DNA from: an uncultured Nitrososphaeraceae archaeon
GTDB taxonomy: Archaea > Thermoproteota > Nitrososphaeria > Nitrososphaerales > Nitrososphaeraceae
Direction of reading: 5' to 3'
DNA: 64,000 bases
NCBI GenBank assembly: GCA_963837175.1
Contig: CAWIMJ010000050.1
Span: 224,001 to 288,000 of the forward strand
Shown here: in pieces, positions 33,616 through 43,734 of the stretch
Layout of the letters: each line of letters starts with the position of its first letter
Position numbering within the stretch: position 1 is the first letter of the stretch
Notes under the pieces: model-generated
The model's database searches: none
Seen by the model: only the letters and a program-made list of their open reading frames with translations
Told to the model about the DNA's origin: nothing
Made by a program: the position numbers and the translations under genes

Positions 33616-34083
33616 TCAGTTTAGAACCTTTTGGACTAAAGATCTTAAGATATACGAAATATTTTGAACATGATATGTCAAGTAGCCCATAGAACGAGTT
33701 CGCGTTAAAAATGTAATATGAAAAGATTTGGTATTTTCTCTTCCGCAGCTCATCGCGACGACTTCGTTTAATTCAATATAAATTCTTAAAAAATGCATTC
33801 CCTTGCTAGTTGTGATAAAGGTTTGTTCTTTAAGATGATAATCCAATAAGCCGTTTTGCTGCAAAATCACCAAATATTCTTTCAATTGCATATTCGATGG
33901 AAAGACTTTATTCAACATTCGCATGGCCGTTGCTCCTTCAATAGCAGCCTGTAGAATGAGTGCTACTAGCTCAATTCTACTTCTATTCACATTAGTGAAT
34001 AAATCTAATTGAATAAAAACTTCAGCATGAAGTATTATAGTAAATAAATCTTGTGTTTTTCTAGAAGTTTTATCAAATGACAT
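33616..34083 (-). CDS. Winged-helix DNA-binding protein
   Basis: RSRIELVALILQAA...QLKEYLVILQQNGLL...FITTSKGMHFL. Confidence 0.75.
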   Translation of the reverse strand: MSFDKTSRKTQDLFTIILHAEVFIQLDLFTNVNRSRIELVALILQAAIEGATAMRMLNKVFPSNMQLKEYLVILQQNGLLDYHLKEQTFITTSKGMHFLRIYIELNEVVAMSCGRENTKSFHITFLTRTRSMGYLTYHVQNISYILRSLVQKVLN

Positions 34084-34397
34084 AATATTCTTGAAAGAAC
34101 AATTGAGAACTGCAAGAAATCACGATACCGTTTCACTTATTTCCTGTCCTTTGACCATTAGATCTTCGAAGCATAAAGCTACAACCTTTAGATTTTCCTT
34201 TCCGAATGAATAGAATGAACACATGTATAGTATTAAAAGGTAATAAAATATTTGCGCTAGGATTAATTGCTAGAAACAACTTATAGATGATTTTTTTTAT
34301 ATAGGCATTTAGTTTTTTTTCTACTATATTGTCGTCATAGATTGTCTAACATTCTTTTATTAAAAAAATTCAAACATAAAAAAGGTAGGTCAATGGT

Positions 34398-34715
34398 ATG
34401 AAGAATAGATCCGAGATAGAAATTATGGCAGCCATACTGCGCTGTGCAACAGCTAATTGGGAATATAAAACTACTATTATGAATAATGCATCAGTATCAC
34501 ATTCACAATTAATTAGATATCTTGCTATTGCAGAAGATAGAGGTTTAATTGAATATTCAAAAATAACAGGTCTATATAGAACTACAGAAGCAGGACTAAT
34601 ATTCTTGGATAAACATGACGAGATTCTGCTTCTTTTACCTTCAATTACAGATTTACCTGATGTTATTCATCATTCAGAAGAGAATTCAGTAGTAAGTGAA
34701 ACTATCACAGAGTAA
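34398..34715 (+). CDS. Winged-helix DNA-binding protein
   Basis: MKNRSEIEIMAAIL...TTIMNNASVSHSQLIRYL...YRTTEAGLIFL. Confidence 0.85.
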   Translation: MKNRSEIEIMAAILRCATANWEYKTTIMNNASVSHSQLIRYLAIAEDRGLIEYSKITGLYRTTEAGLIFLDKHDEILLLLPSITDLPDVIHHSEENSVVSETITE

Positions 34716-35238
34716 TGATAAGATCATTAAAATTCTATTGAGTATTAGAATGAATTACCTTTACATGTTTTGACAGCAATTCTTTGTCATTATATTGATT
34801 ACTGCAGTGAGGGCAAACTAGTCCATCTCTTTTGTCTATAAGAATGATTCAACTAAGATTATATAAGCAATCTTCCGCTAGTTATCGATTTACTGCGAAG
34901 TCTTTACAAAGATAATCCCAACCGAAAGAGTATATCTCTAGGTAATGTAGATAATTAGTCTAAGCGGTGATGAGACAACGCTGATAAAGATTTATACATC
35001 CTCAACAAGCAAACTTCTAATGCATTTTTTTTACCGCTAGTGGTACTTTCCAGCTTTGAAAACGCTCTCTAAGCTCTAAAAGATACCGGTTATTTTTTAA
35101 CTTTGACAACTCACTTCACTGACTGATTTGAGAACGAATTGCTGTTAAGTTTCTCTATATATAAACAAACGTATCTATTAATAAGATAACTTAGAATAAT
35201 AAAGCTTATTACTTTCCATTTTATGGAAATTTCATATA

Positions 35239-35583
35239 ATGAAAAGGTTAGACATTATTATTCCCCATGAACGACTTTCAGAAGTAAATGATATTCTCCA
35301 CAAGCATAAGGTGGGAGGCATCACATTTTATGACATCAAGGGTAGAGGTAGAGCAAAGCAAGAGCCATTGGCGGTTGGCAGAGGTGTAATGAGATATGTA
35401 CCAGAATTTGGTACTCGCACGAAGATAGAGGTTCTAGTTAAAGATTCTCTAGCTAAAGAAATTATCGACGATCTTCTCAAGAAGATAAGCACAGGATCCA
35501 CTTCGGATGGCAAAATTTTTGTCTATGATGTTGCTGAGGCTTATGACATTGGAAGTAAAGAGAGTGACGATAGTGCATTATAA
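35239..35583 (+). CDS. glnB: Nitrogen regulatory protein P-II
   Basis: GITFYDIKGRGR, TKIEVLV, TGSTSDGKIFV. Confidence 0.93.
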   Translation: MKRLDIIIPHERLSEVNDILHKHKVGGITFYDIKGRGRAKQEPLAVGRGVMRYVPEFGTRTKIEVLVKDSLAKEIIDDLLKKISTGSTSDGKIFVYDVAEAYDIGSKESDDSAL

Positions 35584-35756
35584 CTTATAACCTATAAGGA
35601 AAGATGCATTGTCTGCAATTTCTTAAGTTTATTAATGTTTTAATCCTCAGTCAATAGAATTTTTGTTGCAAAGAAGGTCATCATATGTTTGTTGAAAATT
35701 GGTGTTAACAGACTCGACAAAGATGTTTATTACTGATGTTTCATCTATGATTTCGT

Positions 35757-35849
35757 ATGTCTGAAGAAACTGACATAGATGAAAAAGTTGAGGAGGACTT
35801 CGAAGAAGATTTGGATGAAGATCTATCTGATGACCAGGATGAAGAGTAA
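35757..35849 (+). CDS. Putative 30-aa highly acidic microprotein
   Basis: ATG..TAA frame MSEETDIDEKVEEDFEEDLDEDLSDDQDEE. Confidence 0.5.
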   Translation: MSEETDIDEKVEEDFEEDLDEDLSDDQDEE

Positions 35850-36072
35850 CTGACCAAAGATAATTACATTATATGCTTCAAACAATATTTATCATTTCTC
35901 AAAGAAAGCGGATATGGACTTAAATCTGTACAAAAACTAAGTTGTATATCAGTTGATCCAATGCATAGCTAATAATAAGTCGAGTATCATGGGTTTTTAA
36001 TACTTTCATCAAATATATTAGTAGAATAGTTCTCATCATTCAAGAAAGAGGAAGTAAAAAAAATTTCTATTG

Positions 36073-36240
36073 TTATTGCTTGTAATCACTTAGTATATCA
36101 CGATACCTAGGATCCTTATAAGCTATATATTTTACATATTCGCCGTAGGTCATATCAAAAGAGCACTTGGAACATTTAACATAGTTAAAGTCATCAGATA
36201 GTTCAGCAGCCTCTTTGCAATCTGGACATCTAATTTTCAT
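36073..36240 (-). CDS. Small Zn-ribbon protein (55 aa)
   Basis: MKIRCPDCKEAAELSDDFNYVKCSKCSFDMTYGEYVKYIAYKDPRYRDILSDYKQ; not in the ORF track. Confidence 0.8.
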   Translation of the reverse strand: MKIRCPDCKEAAELSDDFNYVKCSKCSFDMTYGEYVKYIAYKDPRYRDILSDYKQ

Positions 36241-36331
36241 ATGCGTTTGTTTATGATCAAGTTATAAGAATCTTTCAGTACAGGAATATAAATGATTAAG
36301 GTAATCAAAGTTTTTCTAGAATATCAGAACG

Positions 36332-36499
36332 TCAGATAGCCTTAAGCTGTTTTACAATCGGCTGCCTAGATTTCCGAAAGACACGAAATCCGCAGATACA
36401 CTTAATTTCAGGTAATCTTGATAACTCTTCAACCGATACTGCTGTTCCACATCGCATGCACTCGTAACTTACGGTTCCTAGAGTTTCTGAGTTTGCCAT
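36332..36499 (-). CDS. rpoP: DNA-directed RNA polymerase subunit P (Rpo12)
   Basis: MANSETLGTVSYECMRCGTAV...LPEIKCICGFRVFRKSRQPIVKQLKAI; not in the ORF track. Confidence 0.92.
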   Translation of the reverse strand: MANSETLGTVSYECMRCGTAVSVEELSRLPEIKCICGFRVFRKSRQPIVKQLKAI

Positions 36500-36980
36500 A
36501 CATTATTATTGTATATATCGAGATTTAATTCTTATGTGGTCAAAGAATGAAAATTAATCTTGTTTTTATTGGATAATCTATAGAGCAACCTTCTGCCTGC
36601 ATCATAAAATTTAGAACAATATTCAGTAGTTAATATAAAACAAGCTGATACAGATAGACCTAGTTGAATAATCTCATTTAATCCTGCGCCCTATATTCGA
36701 GCAGTTTTTATTTTTATTCTCCAGTAATTCAAAAAAATATATAGGCTTTATTACTCCCTTGATATTAAAAAATTATCATCTTTGATAAATTTAAAATATT
36801 CTGCATATTCTTAACTCATATTGATTATATGAACTTGGATGTCTTGAATATATCTGCATCTAGCAGAAGAAATGACAATGTTGCTGAATATTTTACTATT
36901 ATAATTGAGATTGTATATAATTGACTCCTGTTCTATGTATGATAAATAGGGATGATTCTCAATATTAATTATTATCATAC

Positions 36981-38006
36981 ATGATGCTTGCTGCTATATT
37001 TCATAGTCCAAATATATATCTAGAAGAAAAAATCTTCCGAAAAGTAAAAATGGCATCTTAATACAAGTCACTGCCTGCGCCGTATGTGGCTACGATGAGA
37101 GAGTTTTAGAAACAGACATCAAATAGTGAAGCCACCGCTGATAGTAGGACCTGAGCTTTGTGGAGAAACACTTGAAAATGTAAATACATTCAATGAAAAC
37201 GTGATCGAATTAGGTACCCCAGTTGCTGTCTGGCCTATAATCTCCTGCTTAAATTGCAAATACTGCAATAATAAGCAATACAACTTATGTACTGATATAA
37301 CAGAGATAGGATCGACTGTAGATAGTCCTTTTGCTGAATTAGTCATGATACTTGAAGAAATTCTTCTAGTGGTATATTCTATATCACTCCCTGCTGGCCT
37401 TAGTAATGAAGAAGCCGCCTTGATTGACCCATTAACATGTTGTATAAATGGTTTTTCTCAAATGGGCAGGAAAATTGCGAAAGCGAGGTAGGGATAATCG
37501 GAGATAATCCCATTGGATTACTTCAGCTTTCAAAGTTACGTGGAGCAAAAAACTATAATAGTTGGAAAATATCTGCTAGAATAAAAAAAGCAAAATCTAT
37601 TGGGCAGACCACGTAATATTTGCTCATGATCTTAAGCAACCCAGACATGATATGTTAGAACATACAAACGGGGTAAGAGCCAACGCAATCACAGTGGACA
37701 CAACCAATCCAGATGCTTTAAACTTCAACAGCGATTGCAGCCGAGTTCGAAAATAAACATTTGAGAACTGCCAAAGGAAACTAGGATTCCAATAGATCCT
37801 AACTGGCTTCAATATAATCAAATATTTAATTGAAAGCTTTAGTTCTATGCAGGATATATTGCAGCAAGCTGCCAAAGCTGCGGATAATAAACAAGATCAA
37901 TTTAGGGAAGATAATTTGTCATAGGTTCTCACGTGTTCAAATAGAAGAGGCAATAGAAGTTCCACAATAATATTATGGCTTACGGGCCGTAATTACCATC
38001 TTTTAA
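36981..38006 (+). pseudogene. Zn-dependent alcohol dehydrogenase (MDR) pseudogene
   Basis: CAVCGYD, CLNCKYCNNKQYNLC, EEAALIDPLTC; TAG at 37489 and several frameshifts. Confidence 0.85.
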
Positions 38007-38161
38007 AGCTACTATACAAAGCCTTTTTCTTTTCATCAAGCTGCTAATAAATATCACAACAAATAGTCTGGTCATACAATTCAATTTACCTTTTTTTCTT
38101 GTTATAGAATCTTTTTACGTTTTATGACGAAACTAAAGTCAATCGTATCAGCTTATTTGTA

Positions 38162-38795
38162 TTATTTGTACAATACATTAACCTCTAATAAATGGTCTTC
38201 TAAACCATCTAAAAAAGATTTGAATTGAGTTATGGGCACTATTGGTGTTCCGTTTATGAGTCTGTACTGTGGTAGAATGAAGAGTTAATATTATGGGTAT
38301 TGCATAAGAGATATTACTTCCTTTTACAAGCAAGATTTTTGTCCTCTCAATTTGTCTTCTTACATAAAAGGAAGGCATTGATATGCTGCCATGGTTCCAA
38401 TGTTTGCAATCAACCGTAATAGCAAGCTGTGATTTCATTCCTATCACATCAATTTCCATTCGTGGTTTCGAAAAAGTTACATGAACTGCTGTGTTATAAC
38501 CAGATAATTTAAGAATTTTCGATGTCAGAGCTTCAAAATCCCTCCAAGTTAATTTTTTTGAGATCTGTTCTATATCACAACCCATCTTAATGGCTAAAAT
38601 TGCAATTTTTAATCTGTCGGCATTAGAAAACAGTATTTTACTTGCCGATGAAGTACCAATTCCGTTATTATGTAAGAAGTTTAAAACATTTTCTGCAACA
38701 GGTTTACTCCTTATATTGGCTCTAATCATAAATTCCTCTGCTGTTGTTTCTGACGAAATTCCAGATAAGGCTCTGGCCAATAACTCTGACTGCAT
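38162..38795 (-). CDS. Restriction-endonuclease-fold (Mrr-cat-like) protein, frameshifted near the 3' end
   Basis: WRDFEAL, EIDVIG...VDCKHW; the alternative frame after ~38265 gives RLINGTPIVPITQFKSFL to TAA 38162. Confidence 0.75.
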
Positions 38796-38958
38796 TGGTT
38801 AGAATAAATCATTTTACCGATATTTCAATCTGCTGAACGGTATATTTTAATATATATTTAGAATCATTGGAGAGCACTTTGCTGCAGATTATCTTTGGCA
38901 GCAAGAGAAATATTTCAGTTAGTTGATTGTCAATCAAATACCGTCGTAAAGGATTAGA

Positions 38959-39612
38959 TTAAATTTTTTTTATCTTATATTTTAGAAATGTAACAACTTT
39001 ATTAGTGTAAGAAAATTCATTTAGCTTTACTATATCTTCAATTGTGTCTATATCGATCATGATCCTTTTTATATGAATAATCTTTACACTTGCATTCGAT
39101 GCTTTTGCATTTTTGATATGAATATTATAACTATCGTTGTCATAATGTGTCTTCATTAATAGCGGAGGTCTTCGTAGCAGAGCATTGGATCCATCGAACC
39201 TACTGGAAGGACATATTACCACGCATCTTTCATGTTTTTGGGCTGCTGTGCAAATACATTCTATATCTTCCGGCAGGAGCAGAGGAAGGTCCTGTGGAAT
39301 AACAATGCTGGCGCCGACAGCATATTCTGAAATATAAGTATCGGCCAAAGCAACAGCAGCATTTACTCCTTGATCTTTTTTTTCTCCTAAGAATATTGCG
39401 TCATATTTTTTAACAATTTCTTCTGCGCGTTTATCGCTTGATACGATTACAGCCTGTGATATTACAGGCGTCTTAGTCAAAGTATTTAGGGTATTATCAA
39501 GAAATAGCTCTGAGAGTTTTATGCGTTCTTTAACTGTCAATAGCGATGCCAATCTCGACTTTGCTCTTTCAAAATTTTTCACTGGTACGATAGCAACTAC
39601 TTTCAAAGTCAA
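38959..39612 (-). CDS. cofC: 2-phospho-L-lactate/PEP guanylyltransferase (F420 biosynthesis)
   Basis: IVPVKNFERAKSRL, QDLPLL, DGSNALL, DIDTIED. Confidence 0.93.
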   Translation of the reverse strand: MTLKVVAIVPVKNFERAKSRLASLLTVKERIKLSELFLDNTLNTLTKTPVISQAVIVSSDKRAEEIVKKYDAIFLGEKKDQGVNAAVALADTYISEYAVGASIVIPQDLPLLLPEDIECICTAAQKHERCVVICPSSRFDGSNALLRRPPLLMKTHYDNDSYNIHIKNAKASNASVKIIHIKRIMIDIDTIEDIVKLNEFSYTNKVVTFLKYKIKKI

Positions 39613-40532
39613 GCACTTTTTATGTATCTCATAAGGTATGATCCCAATCTGATTTCATCATTTTTGTTTTTCATTAGGATGTCAGTTTGATATACTTTAA
39701 GGCCCAAATTTTGTATTCTTGATGATAAATTATAATCAGTTGGAGATATAATGAACTTGCCAATAAAATCAGAATAATAGTCAGCTATACCTACTGGAGA
39801 AATTTCCAATTTCATTGCTTTCATATACTTTACTGCCGGCCCACTTACGGCTTTTTCTCCAATTAAAGGAGAAATGGCAACGGTTTTTTCTCTCTCTTTA
39901 ATAAGATTTTTCTTTAGAACCTTAATCGAAAGAATGGGAGCAATACTTGTAATAGGGTTTGCTGGAGCGATTACAACCATTTCAGATTCTTTTATAGTTC
40001 GAATTATCTGCGGGTTAATCTTTGCTTTGTTGCTACCTTTATAGAGGATTTCCAAGACTTTAGGTTCTCCTCTATATTTAACCCAAAATTCCTGGATATG
40101 CATTTCTCCTTTATCCGTGAGAATTCTTGTCTCAATGGGGCTATCAGTAGCAGGGATTATTTTTGAAGAGATTCCATATCTGATTCTCATCCATTCAGTA
40201 ATTTCCGAGAGATTTTTTCCTCTTCTAAGCATACTAGTTCTTATGACATGGGTAGCTAGATCTTTGTCCCCTATCCTAAACCAGGCCTGTTCGCCTAACA
40301 CACGAATCTGCTGCAGGAAACCAAAAGAGTCATTTTTTATGCCCCAACCTTGTTGTTCATCAAGTGTGTCCGCCAAGCCATAAATGACAGTATCAATATC
40401 GGGGCAGATATAAAGTCCATACAGCCAAATGTTATCCCCTACGTTAGAGATAATTGTAAGATCTCGCGTCTGAGATGCTAATCCGCGTATTAACTTTATA
40501 GATCCGGTTCCTCCTGCGAGAACAGTAATCAA
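39609..40532 (-). CDS. cofD: 2-phospho-L-lactate transferase (F420 biosynthesis)
   Basis: LAGGTGSIK, NVGD, CPDIDTV, WFRIGDKDLATH, PANPITSI; probable TTG start at 40532. Confidence 0.95.
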   Translation of the reverse strand: MITVLAGGTGSIKLIRGLASQTRDLTIISNVGDNIWLYGLYICPDIDTVIYGLADTLDEQQGWGIKNDSFGFLQQIRVLGEQAWFRIGDKDLATHVIRTSMLRRGKNLSEITEWMRIRYGISSKIIPATDSPIETRILTDKGEMHIQEFWVKYRGEPKVLEILYKGSNKAKINPQIIRTIKESEMVVIAPANPITSIAPILSIKVLKKNLIKEREKTVAISPLIGEKAVSGPAVKYMKAMKLEISPVGIADYYSDFIGKFIISPTDYNLSSRIQNLGLKVYQTDILMKNKNDEIRLGSYLMRYIKSA

Positions 40533-41010
40533 AGATAATGTCTCATTACACTGCCACAATGTATAATTTTCGGAAGCATAAAATAGTATCGCTGTGATAC
40601 ATACCTACTAACATACCAGTCGGCGACTAGGAGATGTATTATAAAATGCTTTTGTACTACATAGAAAGAGACTGATTGATCGTGGAAAGAGCAATGAAGT
40701 GACTGTATTCTATAGGAAAATAGAAATAACGTCTACACAGAAGGAGACAATAAACTTTGATTTCTTAATTCGAAACTTGCAGTTAAATCTTGTATTAGAT
40801 TCATGGGAAGAGATGTTTCTCTTGAATTGTAATAAAGATAATATATTCCATACTTCTTTGTTACACTATAACGAAACTGTATTAAGAAACAAAAGTAGAC
40901 GGCCCCTGAGATAAATATTATCTATGACGAAGAATAAACTTGTTTCCTTCTTCTATTGAATGCAGATGAGAACATTTGGCATTCGAGAATCACGAAAAGA
41001 AAGAAACCCA

Positions 41011-41084
41011 TTACATTATATTACATTATATTCCATTATATTGTTAAGAATTGTTAAGACACGTCTTTCAACAATTCTTAGCAA
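41011..41084. repeat. 3x 10-bp tandem repeat followed by a ~20-bp imperfect inverted repeat
   Basis: TTACATTATA x2 + TTCCATTATA; then TTGTTAAGAATTGTTAAGAC-AC-GTCTTTCAACAATTCTTAGCAA. Confidence 0.7.
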
Positions 41085-41356
41085 AGATGCATGTATTAGC
41101 CTAATTTTCTCCTTATTCTACATAGTATTTATGTTTTAGTTCTGGTCTGTGGACAATCTTTAGTTTTTCTCCCTTATTCGTCCTATCTTCTAATATCCAT
41201 AGAAACTACAATTTATATTTAATTAGTTTCCAATAAATTGACAAATTCAAATAGTTTATGTTATTTATTGAGCAAATATTCTCACCGATATTAATGATTA
41301 CAAGGAAAAACGTGTTCTCAATAAAGATTATAAACAGGAGATAGGAAAGTTTTTAT

Positions 41357-42400
41357 GTGAACCTCCCGCCATCAATTTTCTCAGCGATTATTGCAACATT
41401 TTTGATTGCAAGTATGGTCTATCCAGCATACGCAAATCAGATGACTGTATTTCTTGTCACAGAAAGTGACAAAGCTGATGCCGTGTTTACCGGTATAAGA
41501 TTCATCACTATGCAATATGCTCCAGGAAGCCAATTATCTAAACAGCTTGATGGCAAAAATGAAAGAGTAATGTTTACTATGAATGGCACAGAAGACGGTA
41601 TGAATCAACTGATATCAACAGTTAATCAAGTGTTAAGGACTGAAAAGCAAAGCCCTGTACAGATAAAAAATGCTACACTTGATTATACAGCATCAATTAG
41701 AGGTGAAGCAGATAAAGTTTCCATTGCATATAAAGTTGTACTAAAATCCAATATTTCGAGATTTGTATTAGAGCACAACGCAGAGCAAGGTACAGTTATT
41801 GATTTAGATTGGAGAGGAATAGTTCTGAAGCAGCCAATTATTTTAAATACAAAAGAATATGGCATGATAAATGTTAATTATCCTATCGGAGCACTTCAGG
41901 TTACTCATCCTGAAATCGCTCAGAAATTATTAAATTCTCAAGCAGCAGGAATTATGACTGATCCCTTGTTTAATTTCCAAGAGATTGCAACTCCCATGGA
42001 CAAGTGGCATTTCCTTTTTGATCCGACAGGTAGCCAGGCAGGCGCTGCTGGGGCAGGATACATTGAGGCAGGCCAATCTAAGGTTGTTTCTATTTATTCA
42101 CTTGGCGAAAGCAGCTTTAGAGAGGGAACCCACACAGCCATAGAAAAGGATGCAGTAGCCACAATTGATGGAGCACAAGTGGGTTTACACGCGTCTACGC
42201 CTCCTCCAAGTGGTCAGATTCAGATTACAGGATTTGCTAGGACTGCTCAAGCAGGAGGAGGAGAGCTTGCATTTGTTAGTTCACAAGCTCCTGCAGGAAC
42301 AACAACTGCTACTGGCGGTTTTCCTATACAAGTTCTACTTATATTAGGAGGAATGATGGGTGCAGTTGCAGTCTTTGTACTTTTGAAAGCAAGAAAGTGA
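41357..42400 (+). CDS. Exported, C-terminally anchored conserved protein (cell-envelope candidate)
   Basis: Signal peptide (PAYA); C-terminal TM GGFPIQVLLILGGMMGAVAVFVLLKARK. Confidence 0.8.
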   Translation: MNLPPSIFSAIIATFLIASMVYPAYANQMTVFLVTESDKADAVFTGIRFITMQYAPGSQLSKQLDGKNERVMFTMNGTEDGMNQLISTVNQVLRTEKQSPVQIKNATLDYTASIRGEADKVSIAYKVVLKSNISRFVLEHNAEQGTVIDLDWRGIVLKQPIILNTKEYGMINVNYPIGALQVTHPEIAQKLLNSQAAGIMTDPLFNFQEIATPMDKWHFLFDPTGSQAGAAGAGYIEAGQSKVVSIYSLGESSFREGTHTAIEKDAVATIDGAQVGLHASTPPPSGQIQITGFARTAQAGGGELAFVSSQAPAGTTTATGGFPIQVLLILGGMMGAVAVFVLLKARK

Positions 42401-42513
42401 TATATTTTTATAATTTTTTAAGATTATTTGGAACTATTAAATCTTATGAGAAAATTATTTACAAAACTACGGAAAATGCGTCCCTTAAATATATAGGCTT
42501 AAGCAGTTGAACC

Positions 42514-43220
42514 GGCTCTGTTAACTTAACAATAAATCTATAGTTTTAGATACTCTTTATTTCTTGTATTGATTATACTTACCAAAGGAAATAGAACGTC
42601 TACAAATGACATTGGGTATGGTTTATACCTGTACTTTATTGGTCTTTCATATCGTAATACAGCAACAAAAGCATTATTATTCAGATTTAAAAAAAGAAGT
42701 CATGTCTCCATTTGGAAATGGATGATGCACAAGTACAAACCAGAAAAAATATTTTACAACAGAATGAAAATATCTAAATTTATAGTTGGTGGTGATGAAA
42801 CTCATTAAAGTAGGAAAAGATTACTTTTGGTTGTGGGTTGTTGCCATCATTAAGCCAAAAGATAAGGATATTCTTCTTCATATTCATATTTCAGCAGCAG
42901 AAAGAAAACATGTTTGTTGCAGAACATACATTTTCTACGTTCTTTAGTAAAAAAAGTACGGAAGATACCCAGTTTCTACTGATGGTGGTGGGACATGGTA
43001 TCATCCGCAAGCATGTAAATTCTTGCAAATAAAACATCATCTACATTCACTATATGAAAAAAATATCTAAAAAATCCAATACATAAAAGACAGAACAGAA
43101 TGTTTTGATGATTACTTTCCATGTAGAAAAGAGAAGTGTAGACTAGAGCACATTATCAACTGGTTCAATCTTTTTACAGACTATCATAATAAAGAGGTGA
43201 TTGCTTAAGTTAACACAGCC
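42514..43220 (+). mobile_element. IS6-family insertion sequence (707 bp), transposase disrupted
   Basis: TIRs GGCTCTGTTAACTTAA / TTAAGTTAACACAGCC; perfect 8-bp TSD GTTGAACC; fragments SHVSIWKW, STDGG, KDRTECFDDYFPC. Confidence 0.95.
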
Positions 43221-43432
43221 GTTGAACCTCAAAATTCGATTATAGATATCCAAGAACGGTAACCTCGCCATATCATAATTCTCCATCTAGACCTTCGATT
43301 ATACAATAACTTTCAAAGTCTAGTCGATATAATAACAAGTATTTAAACTCCGCTTGACTACTACAAAGTAATTATAGGGATTCAAGATTATTCTAATGAA
43401 TAGTTAATACTTAAATGATATATTATTAGTGT

Positions 43433-43704
43433 GCTAGTAGTAACCCTCCTTTTGTTCTATGCGGGATTCCGCTGAGCGGCCAACCTGAGCAAGTGCAGGA
43501 CTTTGAGCTCTGTTTGGCCTTGCTCCACCCAGGACGGCAGTTTCAATCCTCTATCACCAATCTCAGGCTATTCACCATCATTGTGTTTGTGTGGCTGGAT
43601 ATCTTTTCTGTTCCGGCGCCAACTGTCTCCAGTTAATTATCGCTAATTTGGGTGCCTGCAGTGAGGGAGGAGTTTCCTCTCTTTTGAGTAACCCGCTCGC
43701 TAGC
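43433..43704 (-). ncRNA. rnpB: RNase P RNA
   Basis: GC-rich island; minus strand has GAGGAAACUCCUCC and AACAAAAGGAGGGUUAC (P4 with bulged U), ACAGAAA and UGAAAC, GGAGCAAGGCCAAA; terminal P1 GCUAG/CUAGC. Confidence 0.92.
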
Positions 43705-43734
43705 TCACGATCATATCTATTAGATATTAGTATT

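Noticed and set aside
34966-34990. GTGATGA...CTGA resembling a C/D box sRNA
   Set aside because: Only 7 nt between the boxes and no second box pair; too short for a guide.
40590-40645. Small hairpin upstream of cofD as a riboswitch
   Set aside because: Short stems only, and no known aptamer consensus.
23456-43220. Composite transposon bounded by two IS6 copies
   Set aside because: Each copy has its own TSD and a different TIR type, and the interval holds core genes.
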